This document shows, piece after piece, positions 13,829 to 26,009 of a DNA stretch of 64,000 bases; positions within the stretch are counted from its first letter, which is position 1, and every line of letters starts with the position of its first letter. A program made the position numbers and the translations under genes. The notes beneath the pieces are model-generated. The model made no database searches. It saw nothing but the letters and a program-made list of their open reading frames with translations, and had not been told where the DNA came from. The stretch is from Octopus sinensis (lineage: Eukaryota). The DNA lies in contig NC_043004.1 of NCBI RefSeq assembly GCF_006345805.1, forward strand, positions 44,330,001 to 44,394,000. Direction: 5' to 3'.

Positions 13829-13877
13829 TTATTATATATATATAGATATATTATATATATATATTATATATTATAAT

Positions 13878-13917
<40 letters not shown>

Positions 13918-13939
13918 TAGATATATAATATATATATAT

Positions 13940-14245
13940 GGAGGTGCAATGGCCCCAGTGTTAAGGCAGCGGACTCGCGATTGTAGGATCGTGGTTTCGG
14001 TTTCCAAACCAGGTGTTGTAAATGTTTATTGAGCGAAAACACCTAAAGCTCCACGCGGCTCCGGCAGGAGGTGGTGGTGATCCTGCTGTACTCTTTCGCT
14101 AAACTTTCTGTCACTCTTTCTTCTGTTGGCCTGCTAGCTTAGCCAGCGGGGTGGCGTCATTTGAAGTCTAAAACAATGAGAAGAGCATAGTGACCAGCGA
14201 TGTTAGCAACATCTGATAGCCCGGTCGGTCACTTGATCACGGTGA
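13940..14245 (+). mobile_element. tRNA-derived SINE family B
   Basis: A-box-like tggccccagtg and B-box-like ggtttcggtttcc, then gagcgaaaacacctaaagctccac, shared with 31580, 34630 and 38081. Confidence 0.8.
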
Positions 14246-14283
14246 TATATATATATATATATTATATTATATATATAATATAT

Positions 14284-14962
14284 ATTAATAAATTTAGGGT
14301 AGCAAAAAATTCTAGAAAAATTCTCCACTACCAGCGGTGAAAGTGAGAAAGAAAAAATAGTCAATAGACTATGTAATATACATTCAAACATATAAGGGAT
14401 GGCCATAACAGGACATCCGACTCACTAGAAAGAGCAGTTAAACTCCAAACCACTAATAGTTGTAATTCTGAAATGGAAAGAGAAATAAAACCGTTTACCC
14501 TATCCTTTCTGGACTATGCATAGTTTCGGCAATCTTTTGTAAATAGAATAAATTTATTTACGACTGGCGTTGCACTCTTCAGCAGAAAACCAAGGACTAG
14601 CATATAGCCACGAGGCGATAATAGCCATGCCTCGAGTCTATATGCTATAACTTTTTAAAATCCACCACTCTCGCGCGGTTTTCTCAGCAGTAAATATAAA
14701 CTACCGATTTAACTTCAAAATTAGCCAAAAAATCATTAATTAATAATTTTTAGAGTAGCAAAAAATTCTAGAAAAATTCTCTACTACCAGCGGTCAAGTG
14801 AGAAAGAAAAAATAGTCAATAGACTATGTAATATACATTCAAACATATAAGGGATGGCCATAATAGGACATCCGACTCACTAGAAAGAGCAGTTAAACTC
14901 CAAACCACTAATAGTTGTAATTCTGAAATGGAAAGAGAAATAAAAACGTTTACCCTATCCTT
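14284..14962 (-). mobile_element. Non-coding partial-tandem element (unit ~455 bp, ~1.5 copies) carrying a hammerhead ribozyme; retrozyme-like
   Basis: 14285-14507 is repeated at 14740-14962 with the hammerhead between the repeats. (TA)n on both sides. Confidence 0.75.
14505..14589 (-). ncRNA. Type I hammerhead ribozyme motif
   Basis: Minus strand: TTTTCTG-CTGAAGA-G(T)GCAA..GTAAATA/TATTTAC..TTGCC-GAAA-CTATGCATAG-T-C-CAGAAAG. Intact core, 7-bp stem I, palindromic stem III, GUC site between 14512 and 14511. Confidence 0.85.
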
Positions 14963-14989
14963 GTTTGTTTGTATATATATATATATAGT

Positions 14990-15145
14990 TCTTTTTCATT
15001 ACCCACAATGGGCTATACACAGAGCTGACAAACAAGGACAGACAAAGGGATTAAGTCGATTACATCGACACCAGTGCATAACAGGTACTTATTTAATCGA
15101 CCCAGAAAGGATGAAAGGCAAAGTCGACCTCGGTGGAATTTGTTA
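14990..15145 (-). mobile_element. SINE family C fragment
   Basis: The reverse complement contains ccgaggtcgactttgcctttcatcctttc.gggtcgat.aa.taagtacc, as at 37377-37795. Confidence 0.7.
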
Positions 15146-15155
15146 CACAACACAC

Positions 15156-15239
<84 letters not shown>

Positions 15240-16257
15240 ACACTACACGGAACTTGAGGAAAAGTACCAATATATTTTCGAAACTCAGCGTTATATCTAT
15301 TTGAAATGATAAGTGATATCCAGGTAACAAAAGCAATGTCTGGAGGGAATAGCAGTAATTTCCTTTGATTTCTAGATACAAGCAAATAGAAAATAACACT
15401 TACAGACGAAAGACAAAGGTAAATAAATAAATATTTTGTTACGCGGTGAAATTGTAGTATTTGTTTGTTGTGTGACCAATCTCAGTGTTTTCACCATGTT
15501 GATCATTCAACACTTTACACATTTTTCTGTATGAGATAGCTGCAGCAGACATTATGTATTCTTGATTTAGTTCATAGCGTATCTCTGCATCAGGTTCTGA
15601 AGAAAGCCGAGTAAATCACTTCGCTTCTAGCACTGATTGAAGCGTTCTATTATGACATGTGAGATCACCTACGGTGGAAGGGTGTTACTTCAGACACTCT
15701 TCAGGATATACAGAGCAGTAAAACGAAATCCTGCATCGCATTCCCTAGAGTTCGTGTGATATATATCTCAGTTCAGTTTAAATTGGTTCAGGAAAATGCT
15801 ACCGCACAAAACGTAGTAACTTTTACTCACTCATGATAAAATTATCTAAATCTCACTCCTTTAGAACATACGCCTGTATGTATACAGCCATCCATATATA
15901 TATATATATACAGAGAGAGAGAGAAAGAATGAGAAACATGACAGACAGAGAGGCATGGTGGAAGAGAAATACGTATAGCATTTTGAATTCACGGGTTAGC
16001 ATGTATGGCTTCGATTGTACATAGCACTGCATTACACAAGAGTGGGTAGTCACGGGGTTTTATATTAGGGTGAAAATGACAAGCTTTCTTCCCATTAGAT
16101 TAGCGGTCACACGCCTTTGGATTTTGCAAGGATATCGTCATACTAAATTATGCATCGTACATGCCGAGTGTTTGTGGATACAAAACAAACACACACACAC
16201 ATATACATATACATATACATACATATATATATATACATACACACACACACACACACG

Positions 16258-16388
<131 letters not shown>

Positions 16389-16418
16389 AGATAGATAGAT
16401 ATAGATGATAATAGATAG

Positions 16419-16459
<41 letters not shown>

Positions 16460-16498
16460 GATAGATAGATAGATAGATAGATACATAGATAGAGATAG

Positions 16499-16541
<43 letters not shown>

Positions 16542-16559
16542 TTTTAAGGAAGATAGTCG

Positions 16560-16672
16560 AAAAATGACTTTTCTCCTCCATGCTGAATGAATGTCAAATC
16601 AGAGCATGAAACGAAATCATGCATCGCATTCCCTTCGACATTCATTCAGCATAGAGGAAAAAAGTCATTTTT
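16560..16672. repeat. ~36-bp inverted repeat around a ~45-bp spacer
   Basis: aaaaatgacttttctcctccatgctgaatgaatgtc / gacattcattcagcatagaggaaaaaagtcattttt. Confidence 0.75.
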
Positions 16673-17297
16673 TGACCTTCTCCCTTATTATAATTAAATA
16701 TATGTACATAAAATTATTAATTTAATATATAAATTACTTATAAATTATTATTCTATGCTAACTAGCTGATAATAATCACTAACGTGATTTTTATTCTCAT
16801 TTTATGAGCATGTAGTAGTCTGCAGCTAAATAGGTGAATGATCTATCTTGCAAGAAGCTTTATAGAGTAACCTCCCATTACTAAGTGTCTCGAGGCATCT
16901 GTGTCATGAGATGTAATTCTTAATTATTCAAGAAGCTTCGCGTTTCCCTTGGAAGTTTCTAGAATGTCTAGCGTTCTATCAATAAAAACAGCTTGCTTAC
17001 CCTGCTCTTTGCATCTTAGTCGATTAGACTCAGAGCCACTCACATCGTTGCTATGTCCTTCTATTTCTCTACGCCACATGACTGAAAACCTCTATTTAGC
17101 TGTTATTTCTACATTTCCTATTTCTGAATTTTCTTGCATAGAATATTTCATTTAACTAGATTCAACATTTTAATTATGTTTCATCCTCGACGAATTAAGG
17201 AAATATATTATTATGTAGTATATATATTTTATGTAGTAAATATATAGTTCTAAAATTTTCAGATATCATTAGAAAAAGGTAATTAAAATTCATTAAA

Positions 17298-17712
17298 ATG
17301 ACAAATTTATTGGAATTTCAAAGAGCTCAAATTGTTGGTGCCTGTATGGCATTCGCTAGCGTAACGATAACCGAAATGTTTAGTCTATCAAGAAGTACTG
17401 TCTCGAAAGTAATGGCAGCCTTTAAGAAAGAGGGAAAACTCGTCAAAACAAAGCTCCGGAACAAAACCCAAACTTTCAGATAGGGACCAACGGACTCTTA
17501 TGCCATCTGTTAGAAAGGATCACAAAAGTTCGCCAGCATCTGCACAAATCTGAATTTCACGGGAGGGCTGCAATCAGAAAAACACTACTTTCACAAACAA
17601 ACGTGCATAGCGTTTAGAGTGGAGTAAAAACCTACAGAACTGGTCCATAGAGCAGCGGAAGAATGTTATATTCTCGGACGAGTCATCCTTTACCTTATTT
17701 CAAACTACCGGA
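17298..17712 (+). mobile_element. Tc1-like transposase remnant (HTH region and first catalytic motif)
   Basis: MTNLLEFQRAQIVGA...SRSTVSKVM. Downstream frames give GRAAIRK.LLSQTN..KRLEW and KNVIFSDESSFTLFQTTG. Frameshifted and truncated. Confidence 0.85.
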
Positions 17713-18774
17713 AATTTTATTTCCAACATAATTACATCAAAAATAAAAATTCAAGTTATAGATTAATACAGCAAAGGAAAAATGCATTATGAAAAAGTTT
17801 CAAATGATATGAGGAATTTGTATGTCTTTATGTATATCAGTTAATGTGTCTCTGTGAGTTTGGGGTCGGGTTTCTAGAATCTCATTGATGGGAGGCAAGG
17901 TGAAATAATTCAATGTTCATCGAGATCTAACGAATATCCGTGACAATATGAACATCATCATTAAAGTCAAACAATTATGTTAACCGTGGCGATGTTTTAA
18001 ATCTGACACCCAACAACATATACTCTCCACTCAATTCACTTGTGTAAAATCTGTGTCGAATTCTCAAATTTTGAGTTGTAGTTGTAGTACTAGTTGTATT
18101 TATCACAGAAAAATATTGAACTTTAGTGGTCATCATAATTTCAGTTTCCTATTAGTTATTCGTCTAGACCTCACAGCCATAGCATATATAGAAATGCCAA
18201 TAAATCATAATGCTACTGTTGTGTTGTTTTCATTAAAATTTAGTATATCTGTAAGGTATATATTTTAGTCGTATTTGCAGACTCTAGACTAATGTTACTG
18301 AATTTTTAATGCGATTTATCTTTTCGGACTGACTTTCGAAAATCTCTAGCTGGTCTCTAGACTATTGCCTTATAAATCAGTGAAGTAGAAATACAATGAA
18401 TATGTTTTCAATTAACTCGTTTGAAAATTGATGATCTTGATTCCGCCGTTGCTCTTCAAACAGCTGTTATGACTCTACCTCTGATATCTGAAACTCCGAT
18501 GGAGCCAGTGTGGAAGCATATAAACTGTCACGCTTATAGAAATGCAAGCAAAGCGATCCTCAAACCACACTGTTCAATCTAAAACAGAACTGAAACTAGA
18601 AAATACGATTAGAAGTATGTAAAACGACGTGGCAGACAGAGGGCAAGTGACGCCTTACACAGCAACATCTGATGCTAGCAGCCTCACCCGCGCTGGCTGA
18701 CGACGGTTTCATCTAGCTCTGCAAGGAAAAGTATTTTTAAATGTATATTGAATGTAAGTATTACTTAATATGCA

Positions 18775-19200
18775 GTCAATGTTGGTGAAGGCATGGCTGT
18801 GTGCTAAGAAGCTTGCTTCCAAACAACATGGTTCCTGGTTCAGTCTAACTATGTGGCACCTTCGGCAAGTATCTTCCCCTATAGCCTCAGTCCAACCAAA
18901 CCCTTGCAAGTGGATTTGGTAGACGGAATTTGAAAGAAGCCCGTCGTATACAGGTGTGTCTGTATCTATGCGTGTGTATCTTTATGTCTGTGTGTGTCTT
19001 CGTGTCTGTATTTGTCCCCCACCAATAATTGGCAACCGTTGCTGGTTTGTATATGTCCTAGTATCTTAACACGTCGGCAAAAAAGACGGACAGAATAAAT
19101 ACGGGGCTTAAAATAAGTACTGAGACCGTACCATTTGATTAAAAATTCTCCAAGGCGGTGCCCCAGCATGGCCACAGTTAAATGTCTGGTGAAAAGTGGA
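18775..19200 (+). mobile_element. SINE family A, degraded copy
   Basis: tggctgtgtg ... ggatttggtagacggaa ... ggcggtgccccagcatggccacagt. Confidence 0.8.
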
Positions 19201-20399
19201 AAAGTGGAAAATTCCTCGGAAAACCTAATAGGAATAGGATGCTTATCATGTACATTTGAAACGGCGATAAATCAAAAATTGTGTAGATATAAGCATCCAT
19301 CACGTATTTTCAGAATCAGTTATCTTGACTACACCGCAGAATACGAAATTCCAATTTTTATCTCAAGGAAGTCAAACTATAATATGAGTGAGATTGGCTG
19401 TTGCTATGACGTAGAAACAAGTGAGAGCAGTTCTGTGTTCTTTTGAAATCCTTGGATTTCCTTAGAAATCTCAGAGAACACATACATGAAAAAGAACATT
19501 ATAAATCTTTACAAAACCTTCTTATTTAAATTTGATAATATTTTAAATCGATTATAATTGTCTTTGAAAATTTGACAGCACTTAGACGCCACTAAGACAT
19601 TTTAAGAAATTTTATCTTAAAAAAAGATTATTCAAACTTTCCCCCTAATTCCGTATTAAAGGAACATAATTTCTCCCTAGAAACATGTTAACCTTGACAG
19701 ATGCCAGTGTGTCAGATACGATGTGCGTGTCTAATACAATTACGAAAATATTATTACAGTGAAAAATAAGAATTGCATTGTTATATGATTAGTCTATCTG
19801 TCAGTCTTTCTGGAGGAACTCTTAAAGATCTCTTGCACAACCGTAGGTTTCCAAAGAACTATTGATGGAACAAATCTCTGTGTTATTTAGTGTGAACACC
19901 ATTATACAATCTGGAGGTACGCTGGGAAAATATTAGTCAGTTATTCTTGTTAGTACGGTATTAATGTTAATAAAACGTGCGCCAACTTATCACTCGAATT
20001 ATTAGAAATAGCAGATGAATATCATTTTTAAAAAAACGCGTCAATGTGTTATAAACAAAATAGGCAAAATGGTAGATGCAACTTTTCTACACACTTAGAA
20101 AAGAGGAGTGTATAATGGAATGCCTCTTACCGTAATATGGCTTACCCGATCGGGGTTTACTTGTGGCCAAACACCGTTAAAAGCAGAATTACAAATCGCA
20201 ATTACGAGTTTAAATAGATAGAACAGTTGTAACTTTCGGGAAGCACTTGACAACTATACCAGAAAACAGCGTACTCACTTACACACAAATATGTTTGTGT
20301 ATGTGTGTGTGGGGGGGAGGGTATACATATACGTAGATGTATATTTATGTGTGTCCCTACACATACACACAGGTGCACACACATATATATATATACATT

Positions 20400-20606
20400 C
20401 AAAATGTGACCGCGCGTGTACGGTTGTCGATTTTTTTCCTCTGTCTTCCCTTCTCTGGATATTTCCTCCTCCTATGTTTCCGACGAAGAGCTCCACTCGA
20501 AACTTTAAACCCTCCTTCTTTCCTTCTTTCCTGAGCGTTCAATAATATTATATTTGTTCCACCTCCTCGCGTTATTGTACTTTTATGTGCTTTCTTGTTT
20601 AGATTA

Positions 20607-20610
<4 letters not shown>
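20400..20610 (+). repeat. Dispersed ~210-bp repeat with a minimal hammerhead-like motif (20476-20510); same family as 36085-36330
   Basis: GTTT-CCGACGA-A-GAG.CTC-GAAA-CT-T-T-AAAC. The flanks align with the 36 kb copy. Confidence 0.65.
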
Positions 20611-20651
<41 letters not shown>

Positions 20652-20707
20652 ATATATATATATATGTCTGTGTGTGTGTATGAGTATATATATATATATA
20701 ATATATA

Positions 20708-20749
<42 letters not shown>

Positions 20750-20845
20750 ATATATATATATGTATGTATGTATATATATATGTATATATATATATACATA
20801 TTTATATGCATATATATATATGTATGTACGTATATATATGTATAT

Positions 20846-20908
<63 letters not shown>

Positions 20909-20964
20909 ATATATATATATATATATTATACATGCACATAAATGTATACAGTCAGGATGTAATA

Positions 20965-21720
20965 CAACTGGAGCAGGAAGGATAGGATGCTGCAGGAAAT
21001 CTAGAGTCACTAACGATAAATAATCTGATAGAGAAGTTTAATTCTCTGCGATGACAGGAAGCGACATACAAATATCGGAATGACATGCGTCGATCATAAA
21101 ATAAAATAGTCTGTGGCATGATATCTTATTTCTGGCTAATAAAGTATTTAGATTTGGTAGCGATAACAGAAAATAGAGGAGAGTTGATTGTGAAGAATAT
21201 AGGTATATAAATAACAGAATTAAGCTTCTCAGCTGGAAAAAGAAGTATGAAGTACGAGAGTCAGTGGGGAGAATCTTTCAAGAAGATAGCCGATCCACTG
21301 TGATTTTTTGCTATACGCTTAATACATTTTACGCCGCTACTAATAACGTTAACTCGTGTGTATATAATTAGAAGCAACCAGCGTAAAAGTAAATTACTTT
21401 TTCAATATGGATGAATTGAAATTTTTTTGCGAAGAAAAAAGAAAATCTTAGCGACAGTTCAGTAGGAACGGTTTATGGAGTTAGTGAAGATATTGCGATA
21501 AGATTTGGAATTAAAATGTATGGAGGTGATTTTGATGTGTGTGGAGGGGGTGATAGAAAGAGAAAGAGAATTAGGGAGAAATTAATGGAATAAGAAATCT
21601 TCAACAGGTTCGTGCAGAAGGCTATAAAGTTAGATATAATGGACTTGGATAAGATAACGGGAATTAAAACTTAGAGAGATATTAAAAGATGAGCAATTCA
21701 GAAAGTCCTTGAAGCTAAAC
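20965..21720 (+). mobile_element. Highly decayed R4/Dong-like reverse transcriptase
   Basis: Pieced frames: [15 protein letters not shown]; GRIFQEDSRSTVIFC (GIFQGDSLSPLLFC-like); FNMDELKFFAKKKENL (YMDDLKLYAK-like); SEDIAIRFGIK; GYK.L.IMDLDKI. Confidence 0.65.
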
Positions 21721-22678
21721 TAATTTATTAAAGAAAGATGAGGTGAATAGAAAAGTGCTCTGCTCCAAGATTCGACAAAAGGTGGGAGATTGAGGAGAAA
21801 ATGTAAGGAGTGCATAGAACTTATCCAAATTTGAAACTGCTGGGTGACGGGCCGTAACCTTCATGTTCAGGGCAATTTGGAATTGTGAGTTAACTTGAAT
21901 GACCATAACTCGAGACTTTCTTTTACCAGGATGGCTGCTACCACATGTCCATATATATATCATATTATACCAATTTGTTTTACACATACCCCATAACTTT
22001 TTAATCCTCAACAAATTTTTTTTCCACTCTACTTTGCAAAGACAATGATCATCCTTTAGGAGTCGATAAATTAATTACCAGTGAAACACTGAGGTCGATA
22101 TGATCGATTTAACCCCTCCTCTCAAATTTAGGTAATATACCTTTAGTAGAAAGTATTATTATAATTATTTTTCTATTAAAAATTCGCAGCTTATATTGCA
22201 AGTAATGATGGAAAGTGTCAGATGTCCACAGCCAGCAGACTAAGGAGACAATTTTGCAGTTCCAAGAAATGCTGATTTTTGTAGGTGTTTTCTTACCTTC
22301 ACATTTCTTACCTTCAAATTTTAGGAATTCAGGTTGGATTTCAACAACATCTTCTTTCATTCGACAAATTAAAGCATATAGGCACGTGGCTGATCATTTA
22401 TCGCTCCGTATCTATGTGTTCAGCCCTGGCAACCTACTGAAGAAGGAGCGCCAAATATAGATTGAAGTTATTTTATTTCAATCTGTATTTAAGTCTGCAG
22501 AAACCTGGCAGGATCTAGAATAATTAAGGTAAAAGTTTATATTTTTCAATCACTTTCGGAATTACAACAATTAGTGGCTTGGAATGTAACAACTCTTTCT
22601 AGTCAGTCAGATATCCTATTTCCTGGGTATCGCTTATGTGTTTGGATGTTCACTGTATTCCTCTCTTTCATATATATT

Positions 22679-22733
<55 letters not shown>

Positions 22734-22845
22734 CATATATATACATGTATGTGCATGTATGTTTGTGTATCTGTGTTTATCACCCACCATCAGATGTTGG
22801 TGTATATGGGTCCCTGTAACCTATATATATATATATATATATATA

Positions 22846-22995
22846 TACACGTTAGCTTCTTCGAGTTTTCGTCTGGTAAATCCACTCATAAGGCTTTGGT
22901 CTCACCAAGGTTCCAGTAGAAGACACTTGCCCAAGGTGCCACGCAGTAGGACTGAACTCAGAACCATGTAGCTGATAAGCAAGCTACATACCATG
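22846..22995 (-). mobile_element. SINE family A, 5' portion
   Basis: aaatccactcataaggctttggtc ... gacacttgcccaaggtgccacgcagt. Confidence 0.8.
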
Positions 22996-23119
22996 GAGCC
23001 CTCTTTGTGCCTATATATATATGTGTGTATACATGTGTCTATGTATGTATGTATGTACGTATGTATGTATGTACGTATGTATGTATGTATGTATGTATGT
23101 ATGTATATATGTATGTATG

Positions 23120-23174
<55 letters not shown>

Positions 23175-23195
23175 ATATATATATATATATAATAT

Positions 23196-23255
<60 letters not shown>

Positions 23256-23262
23256 ATATATA

Positions 23263-23492
23263 CTTTATTTAAAAGCAGCAGAAAAAGCACAACAACTGTT
23301 ACTTAGAGTTTCACGTTCCTGTTCGTCGGACAGTTTCCTTTGAAATTTGAAGGGGTTTCCATTATTTAGTCCAACCCCTGTATATGCATATGTATATATA
23401 TGTATATGTAGGTGAGAGAGTTGGCCCAACGAACGGGAACGTGAAACTCTGAGTAACAGTTTTTGTGACATTTCTGCTGCTTTTAAATAAAG
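23263..23492. repeat. ~70-bp inverted repeat pair, each arm carrying a hammerhead-like motif (23294-23335 minus; 23426-23461 plus)
   Basis: Left arm, minus strand: AACTGT-CCGACGA-ACAGGAACGT-GAAA-CTCTAAG-T-A-ACAGTT. Right arm: CCAACGA-ACGGGAACGT-GAAA-CTCTGAG-T-A-ACAGTT. Confidence 0.75.
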
Positions 23493-23589
23493 CATATCAC
23501 TCTACCTCTGGTATTTGAGTACTCTTTTTTCCACCTTGTTTCACATTTACGTGCTTACTCCTGTGTATACATATATATAGTAAATAATA

Positions 23590-23950
23590 ATAAATAGCAA
23601 AATTAATTAATTAATTAATTAGTAATTAATAATTTTACCAAGTGTTGTTCAGTATGTAGAAGGACCATTTACGGTAAATTTAAACATTACTTTATATAAT
23701 TAGGGTTCTGCAAAAACATTGCTTTACCACATACCGAACTTTTAGAAATAGCAGACAAAAAATTTAGCTATTTCCCCTACTATACGAAGAGTATCCCAGA
23801 CAATGTATGCTCAAAAACAATGAGTATACATTGTCTGGGAGACTCTTCATACAGTAGAAGAAATAGCAAAATTTTTTGGCTGCTATTTCTAAAAGTTCGG
23901 TATGTGGTAAAGCAATTTTTTTTTGCTGAACCCTAATTATATAAGGTAAT
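23590..23950. repeat. Head-to-head inverted pair of the 40-kb repeat family
   Basis: 23686-23813 is the reverse complement of 23821-23950 (7-nt spacer). Homologous to 40075-40270 (cattgtctgg, ttggctgctatttct, accgtaaatggtc). Confidence 0.8.
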
Positions 23951-24350
23951 ATGCAGGAGTGGCTGTGTGGTAAGTAGCTTGCTAACCAACCACATGGTTC
24001 CGGGTTCAGTCCCACTGCGTGGAATCTTCTGCTATAGCCCCGGGCCGACCAATGCCTTGTGAGTGGATTTGGTAGACGGAAACTGAAAGAAGCCTGTCGT
24101 ATATATGTATATATATGTATGTGTATGTGTTTGTGTGTCTGTGTTTGTACCCCTAGCATTGGTTGATAACCGATGCTGGTGTGTTTACGTCCCCGTCACT
24201 TTGCGGTTCGGCAAAAGAGACCGATAGAATAAGTACTGGGCTTACAAAGAATAAGTCCCGGGGTCGAGTTGCTCAACTAAAGGCGGTGCTCCAGCATGGC
24301 CACAGTCAAGTGACTGAAACATGTAAAAGAGTAAAAGAGTAAAAAAGAGA
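23950..24350 (+). mobile_element. SINE family A, near full length
   Basis: tRNA-like head (gagtggctgtgtggtaag ... ggttccgggttcagtccc) and 3' end gactgaaacatgtaaaagag. Confidence 0.9.
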
Positions 24351-24486
24351 GTAATATATATATATATATATATATTACTCTTTTTTTACTCTTTATATAT
24401 ATATATATTACTCTCTTTTTTACTCTTTATATATATATATATATATTATATATATATATATATATATATCTATATATATATATATA

Positions 24487-24625
24487 TATTACTCTCTTTT
24501 TTACTCTTTTACTCTTTTACATGTTTCAGTCACTTGACTGCGGCCATGCTGGAGCACCGCCTTTAGTTGCGCAACTCGACCCCGGGACTTATTCTTTGTA
24601 CTTAATCTATCGGTCTATCTTATTC
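24487..24625 (-). repeat. Inverted duplicate of the 3' end of the adjacent SINE A copy
   Basis: Shares private variants (gaaacatg, cagtcaagtgac, aaaagagtaaaagagtaaaaaagagagtaa tail) with 24250-24357. Confidence 0.8.
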
Positions 24626-25951
24626 TATCTATATATATATATATACGCATCCATTAATGGGACTTGAGAATGCTTCCCTGACATCCAGCTTCTGCGATCT
24701 GTTGGAAACATGCTGTGTAGGAATGCGTTGTGATGGATTTCACTTCCCGTTCTAATAATACTGGTACTACTTCTGCTGCCACTGCTAACGAATGCTTTGC
24801 GACGAAGTGATATAAGAAGAGCGTTAGTCATATATGCTGAACTGGCATGTAGGGGGACGCTGGTGTAGTGGTTACAAAAGCGGTCCATTCATAAATAAAA
24901 CATATGCACACACATACACTTACAAACACGCGTAGAGACACAGAAATACATTTACATACACGTATACAAGCATACATAAGCATATATTTCAAACATGTGC
25001 GTAATTCTGTACACGTACACATAACCACACACAACTTGTGGCACGAGCAAACTGGATAAGACTTTTCGTAGGATAAGTTATGGATAGGAGGATAAAGATT
25101 CTTGTGAAACCTAAAGAATTTTATATGAACAATGAACAAACAAGAATATCGATACCATGATCGGTTCCAAGAATATTTCCATACACAAGAAGCTGTATGC
25201 TATTAATTCCTGGTGACCAGACTCTGCCAAAAGGTTTGCTATAAATCCGACAGCTGAAATCTTTAATCTCTCCCGATGTTAAAGGTTTTCTAATGCTCGG
25301 CTGGAGAAATAGATCGATAGGGTAATTGTATATTTTAGCATTACAAGGAAAAATAAGGAAAGGCTTCGCTTTTGTTGCGTAGAAGCTATGTTATAACCAG
25401 TTGGGAATGGCGAAGACGTTACGATACATAAAAGAGATGAAAGGTGATAAAATGGAAAAGTGTATATCGGTGTGTGCTTCGAAGAATATTTGTGCATATA
25501 TGAGTGCGTATATGTGTGTGTGTATGTATGAGTGTGTGTGTGTGTGTGTTGTGTGTAGTTGTGTGAGCGTGAGTGTGTGTCCTATTGGGGTTCTATGTGG
25601 GTGAAGTGTGACGCATAGGCTGAATGATGAAATGCTGGAAAGATAGCGAGAAAGAATTGCATGAAAAACGTGAAAAATATCGGTTAGATGTAAAGCGGAA
25701 AAATAGGAATTTAAGAACGAGGAAAATTCTAAGGAATGGACTAAAAATTCGCGTAACCATGCGATAATATGCGTGGACAGGTGAGCGTGTGTGTATATTA
25801 CTTTGTGTGTGTGTGTGTCTGTATGTGCCTGTCTATAAACATACCTATGCCTATTCGAATATATATATATCTATATATATATATATATATATTATATATA
25901 TGTATATATATATATTCGAATAGGCATAGGTATGTTTATAGACAGGCACAT

Positions 25952-26009
<58 letters not shown>

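Noticed and set aside
15665-15710. Minus-strand CTGAAGA-GTGT..ACAC
   Set aside because: No GAAA after stem II and no stem III.
22428-22470. CAACCTA-CTGAAGA-AGG..CC-AAA-TA-TAGATTG
   Set aside because: Stem I is suggestive, but the G of GAAA and all of stem III are missing.
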